64,000 bases of DNA from Candidatus Buchananbacteria bacterium. Lineage in GTDB: Bacteria; Patescibacteriota; Patescibacteriia; Buchananbacterales; UBA6539. The stretch lies in contig JABWCG010000001.1 of the NCBI GenBank assembly GCA_013359225.1, positions 497,627 to 561,626 on the forward strand. Direction: 5' to 3'. This document shows, piece after piece, positions 48,207 through 57,949 of the stretch. The first letter of the stretch is position 1. The number at the start of each line of letters is the position of its first letter. A program made the translations under genes and the position numbers. The notes below the pieces were generated by a model, which was not told the DNA's origin, did not search any database, and was given only the letters and a program-made list of their open reading frames with translations.

Positions 48207-49547
48207 ATGGGCAAAATCACCGAAATTTACATTTGCTCAAATTGTGACAGTCAATCGCCTAAATGGCAGGGCCGCTGCCCTGAATGCGGTCAGTGGGGAA
48301 CATTGGAAAAATCGCTCCAGCCTTCCCAAGCCAGTTCTCGCGCTACCCAAAACAACTTTCCCGCAGCGAAAGTTGTTTCGTTTTCCGACATCAAAACTGG
48401 CGACTACGAAAGGCTAAAAACAACCATTGACGAGTTTGACCGCGTTTTAGGCGGTGGTTTTGTTCGTGGTTCGTTAATTTTACTTGGCGGAGAACCCGGT
48501 ATTGGCAAATCAACGCTGGTACTACAAATTAGCGAAAAAGTTACCCAGCCGGTGTTATATGTTTCCGGAGAAGAATCAGCACAGCAGATTAAAACTAGAA
48601 TTGATCGGCTCAACATTAATTACCAAAATATCCGGTTTGTCGGCGAAACCAATATTGAGTCGATTATCGGGGCCATCAGTGAACAAAAGCCAGCGTTAGC
48701 AATTATTGATTCTATCCAAACAATCTATTCAAATGAATCACCTTCCGGCGCCGGCAGCATCAATCAAGTCCGAATTTGCACCACTAAATTACTTGAAGTG
48801 GCCAAAAAAAATAACATCACTATTATGATTATCGGCCACGTCACCAAGTTTGGGGAGGTTGCCGGTCCAAAAACTCTTGAACACTTAGTCGATACTGTCT
48901 TATACCTTGAGGGCGATCAGTACCATTCGTTTCGTATCCTGCGAACTGCTAAAAATCGCTTTGGTTCTACGTCCGAAGTCGGCATCTTTGAAATGCAAAG
49001 CCACGGGTTAGCCGAAATTAAAAACCCGTCTGCAATCTTCCTTGATGAGCAAAAACCAGCCGAAGGATCAGTTATTACTGCCACCCTTGAAGGTTCGCGA
49101 ATTTTCATGCTTGAAGTCCAAGCTCTCACCAGCCTAACGGTCTTTGGATATCCTCAGCGTAAAACCAACGGCTTTGATCTAAACCGTCTGCAGCTTTTAT
49201 GTGCAACACTGTCCCGACGAGCCGGCCAGAAGCTAGCTAACCAGGATATTTATCTTAATTTAGTTGGCGGCTTAAAAGTTTCCGAACCGGCGATTGATTT
49301 AGCGGTCTGTCTGGCAATTGTTTCCGCCCTAAAGAATAAATCACTTGATCATAGTATGGTCGTTTTTGGCGAAGTAGGTTTGGGCGGCGAAGTTCGGCCA
49401 GTAAACCAAGCCGCTAAAAGAATTAGCGAGGCGGAAAAATTAGGCTTTAAAAACATTATCATTCCCGAAAGTGGCGAAAAAATAAACTCTAAAATAAAAA
49501 TCAGCCGAGTCAAGAACTTAGCCGATGCCATTAAACTTATGATCTAG
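48207..49547 (+). CDS. radA: DNA repair protein RadA/Sms
   Basis: CSNC...CPEC, GEPGIGKST, KNRFG, Lon-like C-terminus. Confidence 0.96.
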   Translation: MGKITEIYICSNCDSQSPKWQGRCPECGQWGTLEKSLQPSQASSRATQNNFPAAKVVSFSDIKTGDYERLKTTIDEFDRVLGGGFVRGSLILLGGEPGIGKSTLVLQISEKVTQPVLYVSGEESAQQIKTRIDRLNINYQNIRFVGETNIESIIGAISEQKPALAIIDSIQTIYSNESPSGAGSINQVRICTTKLLEVAKKNNITIMIIGHVTKFGEVAGPKTLEHLVDTVLYLEGDQYHSFRILRTAKNRFGSTSEVGIFEMQSHGLAEIKNPSAIFLDEQKPAEGSVITATLEGSRIFMLEVQALTSLTVFGYPQRKTNGFDLNRLQLLCATLSRRAGQKLANQDIYLNLVGGLKVSEPAIDLAVCLAIVSALKNKSLDHSMVVFGEVGLGGEVRPVNQAAKRISEAEKLGFKNIIIPESGEKINSKIKISRVKNLADAIKLMI

Positions 49548-49549
49548 CT

Positions 49550-51622
49550 TTATTCCGGATGAACGAGTGCTAGAAAATCTTTTAGTTTATACTTCAAATC
49601 AGGATAACCATCTAAACGGTTATCTTTTTTAACTATTCCTTCGGCCGCAATTTTCGCCTCTTGAATTAGCCGATAATCGGTTAACGTCGCCAGTTTAAAT
49701 TCTGGAAAGCCAGACTGGGTTGTCCCATAGACTTCACCAGGGCCGCGCAGTTCAAGATCTAATTCAGCCAACTCAAAACCATCTTTAGCGCTGACCATCG
49801 CCCGTAGACGCGCTGCGGTCTTTTGGCTATTTTGTTCCGAAACCAAAAAACAATATGACTGATAGCTACTCCTGCCAACGCGGCCACGGAATTGATGTAA
49901 TTGAGCCAGACCAAAACGATCTGCACCCTCAATCAACATAACACTCGCATTTGGCACATCAACCCCCACTTCCACCACTGAGGTCGCAACTAAAATTTTG
50001 CTTTTGTTAGCCAAAAAATCAGCCATAATTCGTTCTTTATCCATTGATTTGAGCTTTCCATGAAGCATTGAAATAGTTAAATCAGAAAAAACAGTACCAC
50101 TAAGACGCTCATACTCTTCAGTCACTGACCGAACCCCTAATGTATCAGACGGATCAATTAATGGACAAATAATAAACGCCTGGCGACCCTGATCAATCTG
50201 CTGCCGAATAAATTCATACGCTTCGTTCCTCTTAGAGCCTTCAACCAGCTTAGTAATAATTTTTTTTCTTTCCTTAGGCATCTCTCGGATGATTGACAGG
50301 TCTAAATCACCATATAACGCTAAAGCTAGACTTCGAGGAATCGGCGTTGCCGTCATTGACAAAAGATGGGGCGTAGTTGCACTGTTGCCAGAGTTCTCCC
50401 TAAGATGTTTGCGCTGAGTTACACCAAAACGATGCTGTTCATCAATAACTGCCAGCGCCAAACTATTAAATTTCACACTCTCCTGAATTAACGCATGTGT
50501 TCCAACAATAATTTTGACTTCACCAGAGTTAATACCCGATAGCATTTTTGACTGGGAAACTTTTTCGTTATTAATTAGCTTCTGAGATCGAGTCAATAAA
50601 CCGGTTTTGATGTTTGAATTGGAAAAAAGTTTGCTGATTGTCTGGTAATGTTGGCTCGCTAAAATTTCAGTCGGGCTCATTAAAACACTCTGCTTTTCAT
50701 TTCTAGCCACATTCAACATTGCTAACAACGCTACTAGAGTTTTCCCCGACCCGACGTCCCCCTCTAGTAAGCGATTCATGGGTCGCGACTGTTGCAAATC
50801 AGAAATTATCTGCCACGCTGCTTTACGCTGATCATTAGTTAGACTGAAGGGAAGTTGAGAAATAAAATCTTTTGTTTCTTGTTCTTTAAACAAAACAACT
50901 TCGGCAGTTTCTTGCCTAATTTCCGAACGGTTGATCATTACCCGCAACTCAAATAAGAACAGTTCGTTGAATTTTAGCCGGCGAATTGCTTGATCAAGCA
51001 ATTGCTGATTATCGGGAAAATGAATCTGTCGCAATGCCTCTGATAAACTCATTAATCGATATGATGTAATAATTTCTGGAGGCAAAAAATCAACTACCTG
51101 ATCCACCGCCACGAGCGCTGATTTAATTAAAAATCGAATTTGTTTAGCAGTTAAACTATGAGTCAAAGGATAAATAGGAACAATTCTGGCAGTATGGGTG
51201 GTTGAACCATTAGTTACCTTCTCATAAACCGGGTTAGTCATTTGAAACCCGTAACGACCGAAGTCAACCTTGCCGGAGAAGTACACCTCATCTCCGATTT
51301 GTAACGTCTTTGCCAAAAATGGCTGATTAAACCAAACAATCTTTAAGGATCCGGACTCGTCAGCCACTAAACCTTCTGTCAAAATTTTTCTTTTAGCCAG
51401 ACTACGACGGCTGCTTAAGAGCTGAATTTTAACCTTAATAGTTGAAAGTTCTCCGGTTTTAAGCTCACTGATTTTTGATATTTTACTTAAATCTTCCCAC
51501 CGCCAAGGATAATAAAAAATGAGATCGTTGACGGTCTCAATTTCTAGTCTTTTTAAGCGATCAGCAGTCGTCTTTCCAACGCGCGTGATCTGTGATACTG
51601 GCGTGGTCAATGTTAACTTCAT
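49550..51622 (-). CDS. recG: ATP-dependent DNA helicase RecG
   Basis: GDVGSGKT, DEQHRFG, MTATPIPR, QFRGRVGR. Confidence 0.96.
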   Translation of the reverse strand: MKLTLTTPVSQITRVGKTTADRLKRLEIETVNDLIFYYPWRWEDLSKISKISELKTGELSTIKVKIQLLSSRRSLAKRKILTEGLVADESGSLKIVWFNQPFLAKTLQIGDEVYFSGKVDFGRYGFQMTNPVYEKVTNGSTTHTARIVPIYPLTHSLTAKQIRFLIKSALVAVDQVVDFLPPEIITSYRLMSLSEALRQIHFPDNQQLLDQAIRRLKFNELFLFELRVMINRSEIRQETAEVVLFKEQETKDFISQLPFSLTNDQRKAAWQIISDLQQSRPMNRLLEGDVGSGKTLVALLAMLNVARNEKQSVLMSPTEILASQHYQTISKLFSNSNIKTGLLTRSQKLINNEKVSQSKMLSGINSGEVKIIVGTHALIQESVKFNSLALAVIDEQHRFGVTQRKHLRENSGNSATTPHLLSMTATPIPRSLALALYGDLDLSIIREMPKERKKIITKLVEGSKRNEAYEFIRQQIDQGRQAFIICPLIDPSDTLGVRSVTEEYERLSGTVFSDLTISMLHGKLKSMDKERIMADFLANKSKILVATSVVEVGVDVPNASVMLIEGADRFGLAQLHQFRGRVGRSSYQSYCFLVSEQNSQKTAARLRAMVSAKDGFELAELDLELRGPGEVYGTTQSGFPEFKLATLTDYRLIQEAKIAAEGIVKKDNRLDGYPDLKYKLKDFLALVHPE

Positions 51623-51636
51623 TGTGACAAAACTAA

Positions 51637-51713
51637 TGGCGTCCCCGGCAGGGTTCGAACCTGCGACCTCAAGCTCCGCAAGCTTGCGCTCTATCCAACT
51701 GAGCTACGAGGAC
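51637..51713 (-). tRNA. tRNA-Arg(GCG), CCA encoded
   Basis: Acceptor stem GTCCTCG/CGGGGAC plus G-CCA, anticodon arm CAAGC-TTGCGGA-GCTTG, GCAGG-TTCGAAC-CCTGC. Confidence 0.95.
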
Positions 51714-51718
51714 AGAAA

Positions 51719-52222
51719 TTATAACTTCAGCATCCGCGAAGTCTGATCCGATACCGGTTCATCTTCACGATCAATATCTTCTTCTAAGTATTGGAGTAAA
51801 ACCTCTCTGATTTTGACCGGATCCTGATCATTTAAAGCAACAGGAATTCTTGGCTCAAAAAAACTTTTTGGTTCAAAATAGAGTGTTTTTACTTCCGGCG
51901 GATTAAATATAATATAAAAATTTTTTAATCGCTTATACTCATAAAACTTTTTACCGACCACAATTCCATCTTCGGCAATCTTGAACTCAATTTCCTGATT
52001 ATTACGCTGCAACATTACAATTGTCAAGGCGGCGATAATAATGATCAGGCCGAACAAAAAATTCGAACTAATAATTGAATACCCAACCAAAAAGACAACT
52101 GCTGCCCCAGCCCAAAAATACCAGCTCTTGCTTCTTTCGTGCTGAGCAAACTCATGAAATTGCCAACTAAAATGAACCTGGCCGTAGTCTTTTTGTTCTT
52201 GGTTTTGTCCTTGGTTTTCCAT
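51719..52222 (-). CDS. Hypothetical two-TM protein with a PH-like C-terminal domain
   Basis: W...EF..HERSKSWY, two TM helices, GI.VG.KFY.Y..LKNF pattern. Confidence 0.7.
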   Translation of the reverse strand: MENQGQNQEQKDYGQVHFSWQFHEFAQHERSKSWYFWAGAAVVFLVGYSIISSNFLFGLIIIIAALTIVMLQRNNQEIEFKIAEDGIVVGKKFYEYKRLKNFYIIFNPPEVKTLYFEPKSFFEPRIPVALNDQDPVKIREVLLQYLEEDIDREDEPVSDQTSRMLKL

Positions 52223-52255
52223 AGTTGGTTAACACGGTGATTACCCCTCACTCAA

Positions 52256-52343
52256 CGGAGAGGGCGGGATTCGAACCCGCGAACCCTTTTTGGGGGTTAA
52301 CACGTTAGCAGTGTGCCGCATTCGACCACTCTGCCACCTCTCC
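52256..52343 (-). tRNA. tRNA-Ser(GCT), no encoded CCA
   Basis: Acceptor stem GGAGAGG/CCTCTCC, anticodon loop CTGCTAA, long variable arm, GCGGG-TTCGAAT-CCCGC. Confidence 0.95.
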
Positions 52344-52410
52344 ATTGACTGAGGGGCACCGCTAATTTATAAGCAGTGAACCGTATTAATTTCTCCTATA
52401 AAACTATCAT

Positions 52411-52440
52411 AGTATAACACTTCAAAACTGCTCTTGTAAA
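52411..52440 (-). promoter_or_regulatory. Putative promoter of tRNA-Ser(GCT)
   Basis: TTTACA-N18-TATACT with an extended -10 TGT. Confidence 0.5.
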
Positions 52441-52444
52441 GTCC

Positions 52445-53110
52445 CTAATTTTTCGCTATAACTAAGGCCCAAACCCTTTTAGCACCGGCCTGTTTAAGCA
52501 CTCTAGAAAGCTCATCAATCGTCGAACCGGTAGTAAGAACGTCGTCAATAACTAATACTCTTTTTCCTTTCACAGCCTGCGCATCAATCAAACTAAAAAC
52601 ATTTTTTATGTTTTGCCTTCTTTCTAGGGCATCGTTTCCGACCTGAGGTTCTCGATTTTTTCTAATCAAAATATTATTTTCAAAGTTAATATCTGCCTGC
52701 CGGGCAACTGTTGCGGCCAACATATCTGCCTGATTAAAGCCCCGAAACAATAAACGTTTTTTCGAAATTGGCATCGGAACGACCAAATCAATTTTGGGCA
52801 ACGCCTGATTGAGAATCAAACGGGTCAGATATTGTTCCAAAATTATTTCAAGACTCAAGCCAAGCTCCCTGACAAATCGGTATTTAAAATGGTAAATGAT
52901 CTTTTGCAACAACGGATCGTTAAAATCGGAAATCACCCAAACTCCGTCGGTATAATCAGTAACAAAATAACTATTGCTAATATCCGGATTAATTTTTATT
53001 TTTTTTAAACAATCACTGCAAACTAATTCATTATCTTTGTTACATCCCAAACATTGCCGGGGAAAAAATAAATCCAAAATCTTTTCTCGTATCAACATAG
53101 CATATACCAA
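52445..53110 (-). CDS. comF: ComF-family competence protein (Zn finger plus PRTase)
   Basis: FPRQCLGC...CSDC, RGFNQA, IDDVLTTGST. Confidence 0.9.
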   Translation of the reverse strand: MVYAMLIREKILDLFFPRQCLGCNKDNELVCSDCLKKIKINPDISNSYFVTDYTDGVWVISDFNDPLLQKIIYHFKYRFVRELGLSLEIILEQYLTRLILNQALPKIDLVVPMPISKKRLLFRGFNQADMLAATVARQADINFENNILIRKNREPQVGNDALERRQNIKNVFSLIDAQAVKGKRVLVIDDVLTTGSTIDELSRVLKQAGAKRVWALVIAKN

Positions 53111-53134
53111 GCGCTACGTTGATTTTATTACTGT

Positions 53135-53728
53135 TTATTGCCACTCGGCCGCGTCCACTTTCCAAGCACCATCAACTTGAGTCATTGACAACTTTAACTT
53201 TTGATAAAAAGCTCTTGGATTGTCAGTTGAGACAATTGATTCAGACCTCTGTGTTGAAACAATCACTTCCGCACGATTAAAATCCTGATCAAATTCTGAA
53301 ATCTCGGCGGCAATTGCCTTTGTGGTGACACCATAATATTCGGAGTTATCCGCCTGGCGCTGAGAAAGTTTAAAATTCTCCACCCAAGCTTTCATTTTAG
53401 CCGTCATCAAATCCGCTGAGTCATCAAGATTGCTGAAATAAACTTCGTTTGAGTAGCTTCCAAAACGTTCAGCAAAAGTAAAGGCGATAGCTTTCAATTC
53501 TGCCTGGGAATCTTTTTGTTCTTCGGGCACGCCGGTAGTGTCTGGCAAACCAGCCGAAGCAGTCGGTAAAGTCGCTGGAACTTGAATTTCACTTGGGTTT
53601 TGATTAACATTCTGATTTACCGGATTGTTAAGATTGGCTCTGGTAAACCACCACCACAAAAAAGCTGCAATAACTCCGATGATGACAACAGTGATAACTC
53701 CGATGATAATTTTTTTTCTTCTCGTCAT
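53135..53728 (-). CDS. Single-TM protein with an NTF2-like (VirB8/TcpC-like) domain
   Basis: TM helix and linker, FAERFGSYS...WKVD; directly downstream of the VirB4-like gene. Confidence 0.55.
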   Translation of the reverse strand: MTRRKKIIIGVITVVIIGVIAAFLWWWFTRANLNNPVNQNVNQNPSEIQVPATLPTASAGLPDTTGVPEEQKDSQAELKAIAFTFAERFGSYSNEVYFSNLDDSADLMTAKMKAWVENFKLSQRQADNSEYYGVTTKAIAAEISEFDQDFNRAEVIVSTQRSESIVSTDNPRAFYQKLKLSMTQVDGAWKVDAAEWQ

Positions 53729-53762
53729 ATATTTCTAATTAGCTTCCTAAATATTAGCCCGC

Positions 53763-55655
53763 TTACTGCTGAGTCATTGACTCATTAAATTCTTTCTTTG
53801 CCTCCTCAATCTCCAAAATCTGACGTGGATCGGAAGTAATTAACTGATCTTCAGTATAGGATGCTACTACCTTAATCGCTGCATGCTTATCGCCGGCAAA
53901 AAATATTCCTTCACCAACGCCAGACTCCAACAATAAATATTTTTCACCCTCAGTAAGAATGAAGGTTTTTTGCACCAAATCAATAGCTGCCGGGGACTGG
54001 CGCATCAATAACTGGATTGAAGAGTTATTAACAATTGCCTGGCCATACGGCGAAAGCAAAAAGTCATTAACGTCTTGGGTAATATTCGTCACACCTAAAT
54101 AATATTTGCGACATCGCTTTACCAATGCGTAAATAAATTTAGCAGAATCTTCATTTTGCATTAACCACCATGCCTCATCAATAATCAATACCCGCTTCTT
54201 GAGCTCTGACCGGACCACATTCCAAATGTAGTTAACAATCGTATAAATAGCCATCGGCCGCAACTCATCTTCAAGATCTCGAACTGAAAAAACCACAAGC
54301 TGATTTTTAGTATCAACGTTTGTAGGACTGTTAAATAACCCGGAGAAAGTCCCCTGAGTATACTTTTTAAGTCGAAGCGCTAAATCACCTCCGCCCTCCA
54401 TACCTTCCAAAACATCCTGAAAATCCTGCATGATCGGCGGCTCAATCTTACTGAGATCGGAGTCGGACGTAATGTCTTTTTTGGCATACGTTTCTAACAG
54501 CGCTCGGTCAATGATGGAATCCTCTTGATGAGACAATTCTCCCAGCATCAATCTGATCAGACCTTTGATGGTGATTACCGCCCCACGAATGACATCAGAG
54601 GCTCGCTGTTCACCAACCGCCCGCGGCAGATCAAATGGGTTGATTTTACTTTCAGAACTTAATGAAATATTAACATACGTTCCACCAACGGCATCAGACA
54701 AATGTTTATATTCGCGCTCTGGGTCAATAACAATAACATCTGTTCCCATCATCATCGTTCGCAAAACTTCCAGTTTGATAGCATAACTCTTTCCGGCACC
54801 AGACGTGGCAAACACCACCGTATTGGCGTTTTGCAAGGAAAAACGGTCAAATAAAATCAAACTATTATTATGTCGGTTGATGCCATACAAAATTCCCTCG
54901 TCAGAAGTCAATTCTGATGAGATAAACGGAAACGATGAAGCAACCGGTGAAGAGTTCATGTTAAAACCAATCATCAGCTCATCATTGCCAAGTGGTAAAG
55001 TTGAATTAAAACCCTGTTCAGCCTGATACAACACTTTTTTTGAAAATACCAATCGTGAACCAAACAGAGACTCCACATCGCCAGTCAGGTTATCAAGCTC
55101 TTCTTTAGTATTTGCGTACAACGTGACATACAAACCAAACTGGAAAAAATGTTCAACTCCCTGAGTCAAATCGTCGCGCAGTTTTTCAATATCGCGCAAT
55201 GCAGTTTCACGAATCGGATCGCGCGGCGCTCCTTTCTCGCGATCGGCCAGGATTTGAGCCTCTAGAGCACCAACCTTATTGCGCAACTGTTTTAAAATAA
55301 TATTTGATTTCACCGGGTAAAAAAACATCGCAATATCCAGTGCCACGCTTAAATTAATGATTGGGGCAAACCAGCCAACTGCAATATATCGCGGATAACC
55401 GATAACAAAAAGTGTTCGAACAAAACGATCACCCAACTTAATGAAAGTCGGCGTCACTTCCAGCGCTGCCGGAGAAATTAGATCTTTAATTGAAACAACG
55501 CCTTCCCGATATATTCTTTCTTCCTCAAGCACTGATTTTGCTTCCAAAATTTCTTCCTGCTCTTTAACCTTTTTCTGCTCAGGCGAAAGCACTTGTTCAA
55601 CCGGCTGATCCTCCAAAGCCTGCTGCCTAATTAAATCTTTTGGTTTAATAGCCAT
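53763..55655 (-). CDS. VirB4/TraC-like secretion ATPase
   Basis: ATSGAGKS, VIDPEREY, INPFD, IIDEAW, RKY, ITQ. Confidence 0.9.
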   Translation of the reverse strand: MAIKPKDLIRQQALEDQPVEQVLSPEQKKVKEQEEILEAKSVLEEERIYREGVVSIKDLISPAALEVTPTFIKLGDRFVRTLFVIGYPRYIAVGWFAPIINLSVALDIAMFFYPVKSNIILKQLRNKVGALEAQILADREKGAPRDPIRETALRDIEKLRDDLTQGVEHFFQFGLYVTLYANTKEELDNLTGDVESLFGSRLVFSKKVLYQAEQGFNSTLPLGNDELMIGFNMNSSPVASSFPFISSELTSDEGILYGINRHNNSLILFDRFSLQNANTVVFATSGAGKSYAIKLEVLRTMMMGTDVIVIDPEREYKHLSDAVGGTYVNISLSSESKINPFDLPRAVGEQRASDVIRGAVITIKGLIRLMLGELSHQEDSIIDRALLETYAKKDITSDSDLSKIEPPIMQDFQDVLEGMEGGGDLALRLKKYTQGTFSGLFNSPTNVDTKNQLVVFSVRDLEDELRPMAIYTIVNYIWNVVRSELKKRVLIIDEAWWLMQNEDSAKFIYALVKRCRKYYLGVTNITQDVNDFLLSPYGQAIVNNSSIQLLMRQSPAAIDLVQKTFILTEGEKYLLLESGVGEGIFFAGDKHAAIKVVASYTEDQLITSDPRQILEIEEAKKEFNESMTQQ

Positions 55656-55658
55656 AAG

Positions 55659-56336
55659 TTATTCAACTCGTAATTTGTTTATCTCAACCAATTTTTCCCG
55701 GCTGGAAACATCCGGATTATAGGTATTATAATATAGTTCAATTAAGCTCTGCGTGTCTAACACTACTGCCTTTAAACTCATACTTGATAATCCGGTAATA
55801 ACATGTTCGACTCTCTGAAACAAAGCATGCCGCCGTTTCATAAACTCCGATTGCGTTAACTTGACCTCTTGAGCCGCCGAAAATACACCCAAAAACCGCT
55901 TAAACCAGGATTTCTGTTTATCAGAAATTGGGTCGTAAGGCACAACAACATAAAAACGCTTATTCATAATATCACCAATTTCAACCAGTTCACTGACATA
56001 CTGACGATATTCAGCCGTCTGCATCCGCAGCAATTCATTAGTCTGTTCTTTCTCAATCTTTTTCAAACGATTCAAGTAGCCGTCAATATCAAGTTTACGG
56101 GACTGGATTACAATCTGGAGCGGAAATTCTAGAAAGTTTAAAAACCCGATATACGCGGCAATAATGGCATTTTGTTCTTCTTCCGATTTCAAAGAAAAAT
56201 TAAGGCTCGACACCAGCACCACTGAACGCAAGGTCCCATCTTTAAGAATAACCGTATCCTCCTTGATTTCAGCAATATCAAGATAACCCTGAGCGGATGT
56301 TGTAATCTTTTTATTGGCAAGTTTCTTGGATTTCAT
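55659..56336 (-). CDS. TraC-associated protein (VirB4 N-terminal-like)
   Basis: NFSLKSEEEQ, FPLQIVIQSR, FYVVVP; lies between prgI and virB4. Confidence 0.65.
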   Translation of the reverse strand: MKSKKLANKKITTSAQGYLDIAEIKEDTVILKDGTLRSVVLVSSLNFSLKSEEEQNAIIAAYIGFLNFLEFPLQIVIQSRKLDIDGYLNRLKKIEKEQTNELLRMQTAEYRQYVSELVEIGDIMNKRFYVVVPYDPISDKQKSWFKRFLGVFSAAQEVKLTQSEFMKRRHALFQRVEHVITGLSSMSLKAVVLDTQSLIELYYNTYNPDVSSREKLVEINKLRVE

Positions 56337-56347
56337 AAATAGATTAA

Positions 56348-56806
56348 TTAAACAAGTTGCTGCAAACTACTTGGAGGTTCTTTTTCACCCTGATACACTC
56401 CGCCAGTGTCAACAATGAGCGCCATTTCAGCCAGCCGGGAAGCCCGAACCCGGTTTTTGGTTCTAATCTCCGGTGGCAGTGGCAAGGTCTCTTTCTTATT
56501 ATACCTTTTTAACTCTGAATTGGTAAAAGTTTTCTGCCAAACCCTAATCTTCGGCCTCTTAGAGGTCTGTAAAACATTTAAAATAAAATAATGGACCGGC
56601 CGACCGTTGATTTTAATAAAGGCAACGCCAAAAGTCAGAACAGAAATGACTACAAATAAAAAAAGAAAAAGGCTGAAATCAGACAATTTATAGGCGACAA
56701 AATCAAGTCCCGCGCCAACCAGCACAATAATAAACTGCCTGACCGTTACCGGGCCAATAATTTTATCTTCAACATCAATAAATTGTGGAACGACGAACTG
56801 TTGCAT
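56348..56806 (-). CDS. PrgI-family (VirB3-like) membrane protein
   Basis: QFVVPQFIDVEDKIIGPVTVRQF, two TM helices, NGRP. Confidence 0.85.
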   Translation of the reverse strand: MQQFVVPQFIDVEDKIIGPVTVRQFIIVLVGAGLDFVAYKLSDFSLFLFLFVVISVLTFGVAFIKINGRPVHYFILNVLQTSKRPKIRVWQKTFTNSELKRYNKKETLPLPPEIRTKNRVRASRLAEMALIVDTGGVYQGEKEPPSSLQQLV

Positions 56807-57931
56807 TTAATAGCGTAGTCTTTTATTTAAGTCAAAAATTGCTTCAAGCTCTTCTTCAGTTAAAGTCGGCAGGCCTTGTTGTGTGCGCTCGGCGATAACT
56901 TCCGAAACCGGCTTATGTTCTTCCATGCTTTGATCACCTAAAGAAAGGTACAGCCGGTTAACCTCGCTTTCCTTCCAAGCTTTGATGGCCTCAACCTTCT
57001 TAGGGAAGGATTCATCTTCTAATAAAGCAACTTTATCAAGTATCTTTTGAACTGCCATACTTGGTGTTGGTGACAAGCGCCTGAAGTCTTTGAGCGTCAT
57101 GGTTCGAATTTCCTCAATCGGACCAGTCAGCTTAGGTTTAAATTTAACATCTTCAATTTTTGGCTTTGACCCGATGGCACTAACTACCGGTCGACTCATC
57201 ACCGGTGCATCTGCTATCTGTGTTGGCGCCGGACTAATAGGTGGTTGTGCTGGTGTTGGTGGCGTTAAATCAGCAGGCATTTCCGGTTTAAAAAGGGGCT
57301 TAGCCTCAATAGGTTGCACCTCTTTAATAATTGGCTCTGCTAAAATTTTTTTTGCTTCTTCCTGGAGTTCCAAAAACTGATCAGTACTGATATTTTGTCG
57401 ATGACGATGGTCAAAATCCTGCAATTCCCGGCTAATTGCCGCCAAAATTTTATTAATCGTTTCAGTATCAAAAGCCGTTCCTTCGGTTAATCGAAATTCC
57501 TGCAGCGATTCCTTTGTTTGAAGGTGATTTCTAATTCCCCGCAAACGGGAACTCACAATACTACGAAATTTTTTCTCATCTTCCGGCGAAGTAAAATGTA
57601 ACTCCGCATTCTTAATTACCGAGCTAATTTCTTCTTCCAACCTCAATGGTTCACCAAACGATCGAGTTGGCTGAACCGGTGCTACAGCTTCTTCTACCTC
57701 AGGTTCAATGGTTAGCGGTTTACTCGCCACCGACGATTGGGACGTAGAATTTGTAAGCCCTTGACCAACTGGCTGCTCGTAATCCAAAACTTGGTCACCT
57801 CGCAAAATCTTCAAGTTTCCCTGCTCATCCTTAAAAATAATTTCATCATCAGGCACCGCTGCCTTAGCCTTCTGCTCTTGTTCAATCAGGCTGAAAAAAT
57901 CATCTGTTTTTTGAGTCAAATTCTGGACCAT
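56807..57931 (-). CDS. Hypothetical protein with a Pro-rich linker
   Basis: 374-aa ORF coupled to prgI; SRLRGIR and GPIEEI..MTLKDFRRL segments. Confidence 0.7.
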   Translation of the reverse strand: MVQNLTQKTDDFFSLIEQEQKAKAAVPDDEIIFKDEQGNLKILRGDQVLDYEQPVGQGLTNSTSQSSVASKPLTIEPEVEEAVAPVQPTRSFGEPLRLEEEISSVIKNAELHFTSPEDEKKFRSIVSSRLRGIRNHLQTKESLQEFRLTEGTAFDTETINKILAAISRELQDFDHRHRQNISTDQFLELQEEAKKILAEPIIKEVQPIEAKPLFKPEMPADLTPPTPAQPPISPAPTQIADAPVMSRPVVSAIGSKPKIEDVKFKPKLTGPIEEIRTMTLKDFRRLSPTPSMAVQKILDKVALLEDESFPKKVEAIKAWKESEVNRLYLSLGDQSMEEHKPVSEVIAERTQQGLPTLTEEELEAIFDLNKRLRY

Positions 57932-57949
57932 TATCGAAAGATAATTTAA

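Noticed and set aside
53135-56806. Integrative conjugative element
   Set aside because: No integrase, relaxase or att repeats, and the genes are interleaved with housekeeping genes.
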